Source of the DNA: Raillietiella orientalis
Taxonomy: Eukaryota
NCBI GenBank assembly: GCA_036172245.1
Contig: JAYWIR010000028.1
Span: 1,054,001-1,118,000 of the forward strand
DNA: 64,000 nt
Direction of reading: 5' to 3'
In this document: positions 46,871-58,745 of the stretch, one piece after another
How the letters are laid out: each line of letters starts with the position of its first letter
Position numbering within the stretch: position 1 is the stretch's first letter
Translations under genes and position numbers: made by a program
The notes under the pieces: generated by a model
Databases searched by the model: none
What the model was told of the DNA's origin: nothing
What the model saw: only the letters and a program-made list of their open reading frames with translations

Positions 46871-49800
46871 CAGGTGGATAAATATAGAATGGCTGTTTAT
46901 GTTTGCTTGCGACGGTGTACACTTGTGGCGGGCTGACTTGCCGAGTGTGGATTTTGTTGTACTGAGTGCTTTTGATCCACTTCTTAACAAAAAACAAAAA
47001 CTTCCATTTTCCATCATGGAGCAGTTTAGTTTGTAGAGGAAGTTTTGTTCCCTCCAGGTTCTACAGCGATGCAGAAGAATCCCGCACAGGTGTCAGCTGT
47101 TTGCATTTTCCATACCGGTCACAATGGATGCACTCAAGGCGTATCGCACAGTTCAAGTCGAACACCTCTGCCTTCCTTCAATAGAATTTCACATACATGT
47201 AACTCTAGCTTTTGATATTTTAGGAAATTTTCCAAGGTAGCTTGCTAAGAACCGAGGCGTAAGAACACCCCAAGAGAAGCGCAAGCAGTGCGGCGCCCAA
47301 CAGTTTGCTTCAGACGAATTCAAATCAGATCGTTTGCTCGCATGAAAAGTTCCCTTTTTTTTAGAACCACGAGAACCGGCTTCGGTTCCACTTCTTTCTG
47401 CAGAGATTCCAGCTTTATAACTGGCGTCTAAAATCTATGGTTACTACGGCAGTTACCGATTACCAGCACACTGCGTCTGATGGCAGTGTCCTTGCCGGTT
47501 GACTGGGTGTTCATTCGACAACATCGGATAATGCAGTTCGTTAATGTGTCCCCTGTTTTCGCACTGAGACCGTGTGCAATGAATTCACGCTTTCATTTGC
47601 CAGCACTGTTCCATGGGAACCCTTTCAAACCCCCAATAAAACCCATCGATTCCTCGTATCGACTAACAGATAATTTCCATTCAGCACATCCCACGCTCTT
47701 CTCTCTCGAAGTTATAGAAATTTGGAGGAATCCGCTCAGTTGTTCCATAAACTGATCATTGATTGCATCACGATTATTAAAGCTCTCAGAAGCCGGCCCT
47801 GATCCAGGTTATTCCCACTCCTGCCAGATTAGGGGTTGTTCCCGCAGTGAAATCGACCTAACGATCGAAAGCAGTAGGATAGTTGGGCATGTTGGATCGT
47901 GGGTTGTTTTCCGTAAATTTCATACGAGCACACTGATGTGAGTGCAAAGAACACGGAAGTTAAACATGCTTTCCCACACGAAAACGGTAACCGTGCACCA
48001 AATTTCGTTACTGTCGTCGCCGGGTTACCGACTTTTTTCTTGATGTCCCTCTTCGCTTGACAAAAGAAGAAGAAACCACTTGTCGCTCATCAGCGAAGGA
48101 CGCTGTGCTCTCTCCTGCGTCCAGTTGCAAAACCTCAGCAACTCACCGCTGGAACCAGACATGTACTTTTTTTCGTGTGGTCGGTTTTGTGTGTGTGCGT
48201 GTGTTTCGGAAGAAGAGTTAGCTGGTGGCCCTTTTCTTCTGGAAGATGCACCTAATCTCTAATACACTCTGATCAGCTTTTTACTCTTGCTCCACGTTTC
48301 ACACCTTTGGCGCCGCGTAATCAGAGTTCACAACTGCTATTGCTATGGTTTACTTGGTTTTGTCGAAGAAAGCTGGAAAAAAAAATGCTCAGGAGACGCA
48401 AACTGGAATCAGAATGTGTTTCTCGTTGCCAGTGATGGAAACAGAGCATTTGGGTTGTATCCTTCGTGATAACAGATTGGCAAAGTGTTCCAAACATTCC
48501 GTGGCTTGACATTTTTCGGTTCATTTGGTCCCTCCCTGTTTTCAAATTTTAATTCGCCGTCTACTTAATGGGACAGATCTTGATATGGATTTAGAAATCA
48601 ACCACACACCCAAGCTGTGAAATTCACTCGCGGATCTCCGATTAACTCGTATCTCAAAGAAAGAGGGAACCGAGCTACCCTACAGAAATAAGAGCAGAAG
48701 AGCTTGGCAACCTTGATGTGATCGAAATCGAGAGAAGTATTTCGCTTCGTCAGTTTCTCTGTTCCTTCTTTCCTACCGGAACTGGACTCGCCTTCCTTCA
48801 TCCAGCTCTTCAAACAGCATCCCTTTCCAGCACTTCTTCAGTCAATCAACTGCTTTAAGTTCTCTGTTTCATTGCTAGGGGATCACTTGGAATTATTTTC
48901 GGTATCTGCTTCACGCATGATCCTCTAGGTCCAGTCAGTCGGCCCGTAACGTTTGCTTCTCCCTTCGAGGCGTTTTTTTGGAATTGTTTTTTGAAACTTT
49001 ATTTTTGAAATCTACTGAAACTTTGACCAGTTGAGAAACAACTGATTACTAAGGTGTTACTTAAAGTTCCAATCTTTTTGCTTCTCCATAAATGTTTCGT
49101 CTCCTTTTTTACGAACGCAATGGTTGTTTAACAAAAAAGAAATCTAGTTATCAAACTCTTTCATTATTTCTCTTTGAGCCCATCACCAGCACTGACAACA
49201 CGAGAAAGTACAGTTCATCCACTAATACTCAACGCCAGTACCATACCCTATTAGTCGGATCGACAAAATCGGTGGTCTTTGGGCCCATCAAACGCTTTGT
49301 TTTGCTAGCCACCTTTGCTTTAAATGTCGCCCCCCAAAATCAGGCCAACCATTTCAAGGCGAAACACCCCCAGGGCTTGTAGGTAACATCGTCCCGCACC
49401 CACAGCAGAGCGGTATCTGAATTATAGGCTACTAGGTGCCCTTCGCGTGCCTTCGTAGGGTCACCATTTTCTGAAACATCCGATGCGAAACGATCCACAG
49501 AGCTAAACTGTGCACGGATTTTTGAAACGGCAGCTGCTAGCGAAGCTTGCAAGGGGTAGCCGAATTGCAATCTGCATGTTTCATTTCAGATCAAGTGGCA
49601 GATTTGAGTCTCCTTGCTTGGTGTACATAACAACTAAAAGGAACTTTGAGATTCGGGAATACTCAACGAATGGCACTGATTACTCTTCGCTCCTGACAGT
49701 TCTCTGATACTTCGCCTCCGTTTCTCATATAAATTCTCTTTTGTACTTCTGAAGTGGAACGCTCCATTTTTCCTCGCATAATTTACATGAGCTCCGGTAA

Positions 49801-50929
49801 TCTCCCATTAAGCAATGTTTCCAAAAGCACAGAGATACTCCTTTCGTGTTTCGAGATACCCACATCGCTACTTTTGCAAAGTTTGCGATATTTCCGCTCG
49901 ACTATCACATGAACTCGGAAATCGCCCACGGAACAGTGCACTATTCCAAGAGAACTGCTTGTGTCGCATTGGGCACACACATTCCTTTTCGATTTGCTAT
50001 TCGCCTGCTTTCTCTTGTTTGCCTGTGCCACACCCACCCACCAGAACCGAGCTCCAAGCATATGGACAATCAACACACGGAAACATAGCAAATGAAAGCG
50101 AAGCTCATATCAACAAGGGACGCAGATTTGGGTTTGGGTTTCCAAAATCATAAGCAAAGGGTCAGAGAATCGCCGCAGATCTGACGATGGGTGTGCGGAA
50201 ACGAAACACCCAATTCTGTGCAAATTCTACAGCGGTGGGAACCCACGCGCATCGTAAAGCAGGGATGCCAAAATTGAAGCACTTTGCTAATCATCTTTTC
50301 CACCACAAAAGTACCTCAACACTAGAAAATTCCTCCTTACCTGACAAACGCTCCCTGAATAAAAGAAAACTAAGCGATTTCCTTGCCACGTAAATAGAAG
50401 TGGGGATACGTACGAATGACACTGAAAACCTGGCAGGAAGATGTGGAGAAAGGATCTTTCAGATGTACACGCGGCCGAGTACATTTCAAAACAGACTCCT
50501 GGCCTCTGAACAAGAATTGGTGGCAGCTCTAGTTCTTGTATTCTTGTTTGAAAAGAGAAGGACTCCATCCAAATCACGTTCATTACTTAAGGAACCGTCC
50601 TCATGAAATCGAATACTTTGCACTGTTAGTGTGCTGAGAACCAGATCGAACAGCTCTTGCATTTATTCAAAGGGCATACAGACCACTCAAAGAGGACTTT
50701 ACTTTACTTTTATGATACTAAGAGGTGTCCGACTAAATAGCGAAATTTTATTTTCTTTGAAAATTCACCCTTAGAAAATCAGGGAATTGCTTTTCAAAAA
50801 GAAAAGCGCAGCCGCGATTTTCGGTGCTCGCATTTTCTGTTTATCCAGTACATACTGTTTCATCGCTGGCCTCAAAAATACAAGATCAAGCAGTATGTAG
50901 AATATCAGTAAACAAGGAAAATGGAATGG

Positions 50930-50931
<2 letters not shown>

Positions 50932-50963
<32 letters not shown>
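50932..50963. repeat. poly(A) tract of about 32 nt
   Basis: Directly visible; many other 15-25 nt A/T tracts occur in the slit introns. Confidence 0.9.
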
Positions 50964-50965
<2 letters not shown>

Positions 50966-52691
50966 GACCAACAGAAACAAGACAGATGGGGGGGGGGGGA
51001 TACAAATTTGCAGAAAAATAGTAAAGGGAGGAGAAGGGCAAAGCTTCAGAGCTTCCAATGCCGCACAGCCTACGGCAATGCTACGACATGCTCTGACTGC
51101 ATCGCTTAGACACTAACGCTCTACAATTCTTAGAAAACAGGTGCATCACAGTCTTCGTACAAAGACAAAATAGAAGAACTTCATAAGCAGAAAGTAGCTG
51201 CACGATGGAATAAAACGCATTGCGTTAGGCCACAGTACGAGCCCACATACGAGAACTACCAGATAATGGGCTGCAAACAACAGGACAAGATCAACGCAAA
51301 GTGCAAAGATCAGCAGCATCCGATCTACCTCTTGTGCACGACTAACTCCCTGCATTTTCCTATCGCGACCCCCGTTCAAACATGGGGGGCGTGCTCGGAA
51401 CTTCTCACTACTTTGCTTCGCCTCTGTATTCGTTTGCCTCTTATCTGACCCTTTCGTTCCTGACAGATGATCTTGCGAAAGATGTTTTCCACGCGTCTCC
51501 GGCGGCTCCTGCTGATTTTCCCGTTCCCCTTTCGTTAACCTTACTCTCCATCTTGCTATTCTTCAAGGTCCCACATTTTCGGTTCATGAGCAAATTCTGT
51601 ACACTGTGGACGTTCGTGGGGATTCCGATTTAGGAATTTTACCTGGAGCCGTTCCTAATATTACATTGCATTAATTGATCGCACCCTTACTGATGGAAGC
51701 ACAGAGAATAGATTCACAGCTTCTGTCGAACCAACTTCTGTCCTTTACGCGACAGGTTCTAAAGAACTACACAGTCGTGCAAGTGGACGCTTTTTTGCTG
51801 AACTCACTTGGTAGCTACTTCTGCAGATACGAAATTCTGTAAACACTCGTACCTGCCAGCCAATTTACGCCAAATGCGTTTGGTTTCGAGATTTGAAGGG
51901 GGGGGGGATGCTGAAAGGATAATTAAACTGCTCTACGAATTCTTCATACTTTCAGCATTGGATCTCTCTTGTTACTGAAGCAGGATCTCCAACGAGAATA
52001 CCACCTTTGCTCACGAAAAGATGCTATAAGAGATTTCACTTCTTATCGGAACTATTTTTTCGATTATCGTTTGGGATTAATGAGCAGTGTCCATAATGCC
52101 CTAGGAGATAATCGATGTGCTTTTTCTTGCAAACTGATTTTATTTTCGACAGTTCCCTTCAAAAACCTCTCTCTGATTTACGTTATGTTACGTTAACATA
52201 ATTTATGCAATTAGCCGTTGGCGAGTTATTTTCATTTTTTGAAACTCTTATCATACAGCTTTTCATACGAGGTCACATCGTCCAAATGAATTAAGCAAAC
52301 CCCACGCCAGTTATAACTGCGCCATGTATCTAGAATTTGTCCACACTCGACATTCAAATGGGCTTGTTTTGGTTATTAATCTCAAACACAGTGGGCGTGC
52401 AGTAGTAACAAAAACAAGATCTTTTGCTAAGGAATATGGGATTTTTAAAAGGGCTTGTAATTTACATAATTCTGATAAAGAATACTCCCCCCCCCTCCTG
52501 CACCTTTCTTTGGTTTTTGCATAAGAAACCACTAAGCCAGTAATCATTTCCACTTGACAGAAGTTTATTCGTTTACAGATGCTCAGATGAATAGACAAAC
52601 TGTTGTGTGATTCTGTGGGAGTTTTTAAATATAGTCATCTGATTTCCAGACCTAGTCTAATTGGTATCTTCAGCTAGGGCTTGAAACAAGA

Positions 52692-52844
52692 TAGCACCTT
52701 ATGTAGATGCCTGTATCTACATAAGGTGCTACCAATTTTTCATAACCACCAATGCCCACAAGGAGTTCGAGGCACAAGCAAATGTTCATAATTGTATATC
52801 CTACAATCACATTTTGTTTGCTGTATATCCTACAGCAAACAAAA
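52692..52844. repeat. Cluster of perfect hairpins
   Basis: 17-bp stem at 52692-52731; 6-bp stem at 52791-52807 and 14-bp stem at 52812-52844, the last two sharing the core TGTA-TATCC-TACA. Confidence 0.88.
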
Positions 52845-53756
52845 GGAATTACTGCTACACAGCTTAGAATAGAATGCATTAATTATAAAAAAAAAATCTA
52901 GATACCTGAATGTATTTTTCACAAATTGCAGTAATTAATATAAAAAAACAATAATTTATTGTAAAAAGAAAAACTGGGCAAGATAACTGCATTTGTAACC
53001 CAAGAATCTCAATAAGTTTTGAGTAGCATCAGATTCCTCAAAACCCTACAAATAAGCTCAATTCTCTTAAGCAAAAAATGAGCACAATAAGATCTCATTT
53101 GCAAGAACTAACACAATAGATAACAAACACTTTACATTCTTTTTCTAATATCAGAAAATGACGTTTGCTACCTTGACTTCAGTGATTCCCAAATTTATGA
53201 GCACTCGATTCTAAGGCAATAATAAATCACTGCAAAAGTAATGCATAATATTGAAGTGCAAGTACATCCGGAAAATAAGAGGAAAAAAAAACTAGATTTT
53301 TAATACAATCTGACTCCATTCCAAATTGCACATCAATAATGAGATGGAAACTTATTTCTACATGTATTACTACAGTAAGAGTTGGAATTTTGATGCAAGA
53401 TGCAATTCTCCCAATTTAGGTTTACCCAATTAAAGATTCCTTGCCATTGATGATCATATTGCAACAGTCATTGCTTGAAAGCTCATGAAACGAATCAAAT
53501 CAATGTCTTGACTATCACTTCACTTTAATATTTCAATAAGGTTTCAACTGCTTCCCTCATGAAATAGATATCAAGCAAGAACTGTGAAGTTTCTGACATC
53601 ATTAGGTTATTATGATTTCAAATCTTAGAAATCAATTATTCTTTTTGGTAATCATTAACTAACTATTCCTTTATTATCCAATACAGGAAATCACTTATTG
53701 ATTATAAAATCACAGTAAAATGCTCCTTGAAGAAATGTACAAGCAGGATTTCCTAA

Positions 53757-54433
53757 CTACAAGTCCACATTGAATTCTTTCTTGAAGAGCACCCTTTGTT
53801 CTAAAAAACAAGTATAGTTTCTGATATGAACTCAGTACACTAAAGAAATGTTGAAAAATGAAACAAAAGTAATTAGCAACACAGGAATGCAATGTATTTT
53901 AACATTCTTATGTTAAAATATATTTTAACGTACTGCATTCCTGTGTTTAACTTATGTTAAAATATACTGCATACTTGAAAATTTTCAATGCTAATCCAAA
54001 CTATACAGAGATGCAATAAGTATTAGGGTTCTGACTCTGACTTATTTACCTTCTAAAATCATTTTTTTCTCCCTAGCCAACGCTGCCTCTCTGGCTGGGC
54101 GTTCCAACTCTTCTACCTTTCTCGCTCTGATCTCTTGGCTCTCGTGAACTTTGTTTCTGTGCCTACCCCACATAACACCCAATAATAAGGCACCCCATCT
54201 TGATGCCTTGAATCATTTGAAAGCACAAATCAGACTCAGGTAAACAATAATAAATTCCATAATGATACGACTTGATGACGTATGCTTTAGCAATGTTACA
54301 GGCTATACTGTATTTAACATTAATTTACATTTAAAAAATTGTTAATATTTGAATGAAACAAATAAATACACTTTACCCTTATTAATGGTGACACGGCTAC
54401 TGGTGGGTTTAAAACATTCACATATTGCTTCAT
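53757..54433 (-). CDS. ATP5ME: Mitochondrial ATP synthase subunit e, 3 coding exons, 85 aa
   Basis: complement(join(53757-53800,54050-54206,54377-54433)) gives MKQYVNVLNPPVAVSPLIR|ASRWGALLLGVMWGRHRNKVHESQEIRARKVEELERPAREAALAREKKMILE|EQRVLFKKEFNVDL*. PVxVSPLI, the R-W-x-x-L-x-x-G-x-x-x-G transmembrane helix and the charged coiled-coil tail are typical of subunit e. Introns are GT-AG. The third exon is the least certain. Confidence 0.9.
53878..53972. repeat. Nested fold-back in ATP5ME intron 2
   Basis: AACACAGGAATGCA (53878) pairs with TGCATTCCTGTGTT (53934-53947). It encloses TATTTTAACAT-tctt-ATGTTAAAATA, and CTTATGTTAAAATATA is directly repeated just after. Confidence 0.8.
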
Positions 54434-55804
54434 TCTTAAATAAAAGTATAAAGCATGCAGGATAAACCACCACAAAAAAAATTGCGCAGGTTAGCCAAAA
54501 TTGAAGACACAAACGCTCTTTTATTAAAATATTATATTTTTTACACAGTAATGGAATTGATCTGTTGGAATTGTTGACCCCTGTTGTTTTCTTATTATTT
54601 ACATTTAATAAGACTTTCTTGAAAACAGGTTAATACATGGACTGTTGTTATGAATTTTAGAAAAGAAAGCACTTAACTAGGAATGGGAAAGCTCTAATTG
54701 TAGCTATTTTTGTGCTGACATATTTCATTAATAGGAAACTAAGATAAAACTCTTTTAAAAAATAGGTATCTGAAACTGAAAATTCTGTTTACGAGTGGAA
54801 TAATAATATTACCTTAAATGCATGTATTTTTCTTATTGTATATGTGTGTGTAAAAAAAAGAATTACATTCATATTCAGTATAATTAGTAATATTAGTAAA
54901 ATTACAATTAGTATATTAATATTAATCAGTTTAATCAATCTAGTATATTAGCAAAATTGCAATCATATTTAGTATTTCAAAATAAGGTGGGCAATCAGTT
55001 TAAAAAGGTTAATTCTCTTGTACCCTTGTTGATACTCGAATTTCTTCTCTTTCATATAGTACCTATATTCAAACTTTAACAGGTCACCAGTTTTGTAAAT
55101 TCAAAATCATTCAGTTAAGAAGAGCTCACTATTAACATCATTATCTACTTTCACATGAATCCTAGAGATATTCTAAAGTTTCCTTAAAACAGAATTAAAG
55201 AATTTATTTGAGTGACATGTTATGATTGTCTGGACTACGATACTAATGGCTTCATTTATCCTCTCTATGCACTAGACACCTCTCTATCCTGTTTAAATCA
55301 ATAATACGCTAATTTTGTTGTATCGTTTGTAAAAATAATTCCACATGTTCAGTTCTCAGTTTAAATAAATCATTAATATGAAATTATATATTTACTTATT
55401 GGTAATGTAGATTGACTGAACTTCTAAGTTAGGTAACGATTTGATTTATCCTTATGGACAAATGTGTTTCTTTTTTCTTTCTAGTAACTATCGAGATTAC
55501 AAAAACCAGATTCCTGTTTACAAATTTCTATTATCAACTTCTATGGGAAAATGCCTAGGCTTCTATCACTGATTCATATGATGGGGAAAAAGTTAAACTT
55601 GGTATCAAACGCTAATTAATGAAAAGCAAGTGTGCAGTCACTGAAAATCAATAGTAATACAACGCCAATGCTTTTCTTCCGCTGAGAATCGAAAGTCGCT
55701 GTCGATGACGTGCTCCCGTGTGAGCAGCCGTCCGTCGTCATGGCCGCCAACGAGCCGCCTCCCGAAAGGGAGGCGGCCACCTCCACCCCACCATAACCAC
55801 ACCA

Positions 55805-58745
55805 ATGCGTGGGCTCGCCTCCTCCCGCCGCTTGCGAATTACCTGTTGGAACGTCAACGGGTTGAGCAGACGAGAAGGCGAGACGAAGAGGCGAGACGTG
55901 GCCGCCATTCTGCGAGACTTCGACCTGGCGCTTCTGCAAGACAATCACGTGCTCACAGCAGAAGCAGGCCAGGAAATCGAAAGGATCGCAGGAGGGAGGC
56001 TACTGTGGAGGAACGGAACGGACTACTCCTGCGGAGTGGCCTTTCTGCTGATGCCAGCCGTCGACAACGCACTGCACAGTGCACGGTTCGACGGGGACGG
56101 TCGAGTTGGGCAGCTTGTTTTCAAGTGGTCCGACCCGATCGACTTCGTGGTCACGAACCTGTACGCTCCGGTGGGCAGCCACAGGGCCGAGGAACGCACT
56201 GCGTTCTTCGACTCTCTGCGGAGAGACTGGTTGGCTGAAGCAGGCGTGCGACGGGCGCACCTCATTGCGGGCGATTTCGATCTCCGCCTGCTGGCAGGTG
56301 CGCCCAACAGACGAGCACAACTGGTCAGCGAGTTGTGCGCAGCAATGAATGCGCGCAACTTGTTGGCCGGTGATGCCGGGAGAGAAAGGAACATCGATCA
56401 CATGTTCCTGACAACCACCTGTCCACGCGGGTGGGAACTCGAGGAACGCTCCCGGCAGGGCTGTCCGACCATCCACGGCTCGTGCTCGAGTTACATCCGC
56501 GCAACAAGGGCCCTCCCCTAAAATCGTGGCGCCTGCCAGGGGACTGGTTGCGTCTCGCAGGAGCTGCGGAACATCTGCGCGCCTTCCTGCGAGGAATGCA
56601 TCTTGAGACGCTCGCGGAATGGGACGAAATGAAGTGCTCAGTACGCGAGTTCTGCGACCAGTTTCCCCTAGAATGTCTCCAGCTGGGCTTCGGCGTTGCC
56701 ACCCGGATACGCCGGGACGTTTATTAAAACTCGATCTTGGTCAACAGACTACGTGGTACAAGGCCCCACTAACGGCCACACAACACCGGACCTGCCGGGA
56801 TGCCGGGACGCAGCCCGGCGTGGCACTCCTCGGCAGTGAAAGAGGATGGGGGAAAAACAAAAATAAAAATAAACAAACAAAAAGAAGTTGGAGGGCAGGG
56901 AAGGGATCACAGTTCACTGGGAGGAGGACCCATCCGTGGAAGGAAGCCCTCGAGGTCCGTCCGAATATTTCCCGCAACGCCATCATAAATATTTATTTCA
57001 GCGGCCGGCACGTGTACGGCGTGCCAGTGCGCCGCGGCATCCGGCAGGGTGACAGCCTGAGCCCCTTGCTCTTCAGCGTCTACTTCGAGTTGGTGCTGAG
57101 AGCACACAGGGTAACTCTGGCAACCCTGCCGAGCTCGTGTGCCGGCACGCCTGCCGTGTCGGCCTATGCAGACGATCTTCTGCTGCTGCTACCCGGGTCC
57201 ACCCCGGCGAGTGCGCTCGAGGACTTCTTCGAGTTGCTACGCCGCGGGACGAGCCTGGAGGTGAACAGGGCGAAGTCTTCCATCGTTTATGTCGGCTCGG
57301 CGTGGGCTGGACGGTCAGACTGGATCCGCCTGGAGATCCCCACGGGCAGGTGCTTCAAGTACCTTGGCGTTCCGTTGGGAGACTTCTGCGTGACAGAAGC
57401 CTGGTCCGACCGTTTCCAAAAGGCACCGTTCGGCCGTTTTTGGCGATCGGTCCGTTCCACGAAGGCAAGTTTCACTTGCAGGAACGGGCCGCAGTGTGGA
57501 ACGTATTTGCGGCCCCCTTCTTCGCCCCTTACTTTTTGTTTGCCCCGCCTCTCACTTTGTCAAGAAAAGAGCAGCGGGCCTCCTAAGGACAGTCCTTTGG
57601 GGCAAAGGGAGGTCCCGTGTGCGTCTTGAATACTTGTGCGCTCCACGTAAGGACGGTGGACTTGGCCTACTTACGCTGGAGCGCATGGAATTGCAACTAA
57701 GATTTAGGACTCTCGCCCTTGCGGCAGAATTGTGGGACACGCCCTGGTGCGTTCCAGCACGCCTTCTGGCCCAAGGTGCCTCCGGATATGGCGGACTTTT
57801 GTCGTTTCTCTGGGCGCGCGACCGCAGACAAGCACACTGCAGCTTTCACCTGCGTCGCATGGCCGTTGTGGTTCGGGAGAATGCCTGGATCTCCTGCCTC
57901 CCAGGGAACTACTCTGCATGGTTGCACGAGTCAGTCTCCACGTGGGAAAAGATCCACGTTTCGGCGGGCACAAAGAACACTTGCCTGAAAAGGCACGCCC
58001 GCTGGACGCTGCAGGAGATCGTACAGTCCCACGATCAGCTTCTGTGGGCCCTGATTACCCCCCTTGCCCCAGTGCTTCCCTTCCTTCAAAATGCCAGGGA
58101 CAGCAGCGAGCAAGGGATATGGAAAGTGTCCTGCACCATTGACGGTAGGACACAACTGATAAAGGCGTGGACATCTCGGCAGCTAGCGGATGCTGAGACG
58201 CCGAGTGTCTCGCCCAACGGAATTCGACGCTGGGGCGAGCTACTCGGACTATCTCCGGAGGAGATGAAGTGGCCCCCAGCGTCCTGGAACAGTGGCTCCC
58301 TCCCCTGAAATGGCAGGAGGTGGCGTTGCTTGTCTTACACTTGGGTTTACCCTTCAAAGCACGCCTCTCTCACTGCACACGGGGGGCTGTGGATTCCCAA
58401 TGTGATTGGTGCGGGGAAAAAGAGACATTCCCCCACCTCCTTGTTGACTGCAGAGCCCTCCGCCCCCTGTGGGATCGCCTTTAGGCGATTCTTGACATTC
58501 GCGGAGGCACCCCCAAGGACATTTTCAGGCGCCTCTTCTCTCGCGACGCCTTGTCCCCGCCCGCCTGTGTAGCAGTTCTCTGTTGCATTCGAGGCATCGT
58601 GGCGGCTTGGAACGCGACGAGAAGAAGACGTCAGGCCAGCGGCAACGCCATACATTGGACTCGCCTTTTTGTGCGAAACATCTGCAGATGGCGCCATTTG
58701 GGTGCAGCAAGGACGCAGCTTGTTCGGATCCTGAAAAGGATCTAG
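55805..58745 (+). pseudogene. LINE ORF2 (APE endonuclease - reverse transcriptase - zf-RVT), frameshifted and internally deleted
   Basis: EN motifs ITCWNVNGL, NLYAP, IAGDF, NIDHMF, LSDH. RT motifs RGIRQGDSLSPLLF, AYADDL, VNRAKS, FKYLGVPL. Also RKDGGLGL and CDWCGEKETFPHLLVDC. These are spread over several frames with an internal stop at 58482-58484, and RT subdomains before LGFG are absent. Confidence 0.92.
56696..56965 (-). mobile_element. Inverted 3'-end fragment of a related LINE nested inside ORF2
   Basis: The minus strand ends TAATAAACGTCCCGGCGTATCCGGGTGGCAA, against the host end CAATAAATGCCCCGGCATATCCGGGTGTAAA. It also shares GTGATCCCTT, a T-rich block and TCGGAYGGACCTCGASGGC with the host 3' UTR. 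The right boundary is approximate. Confidence 0.8.

Noticed and set aside
47635..47640. AATAAA as the slit polyadenylation signal
   Set aside because: It lies 1.35 kb from the stop with no supporting downstream element; it cannot be assigned without transcript data.
53000..53200. Possible minus-strand micro-exons (NRVLINLGITEVK; GFEESDATQNLLRFL)
   Set aside because: Splice-like boundaries exist, but no start, continuation or homology could be established.
56696..56727. VATRIRRDVY read as RT sequence following LGFG
   Set aside because: It is the reverse complement of the nested 3'-end hairpin and AATAAA, so the resemblance is coincidental.
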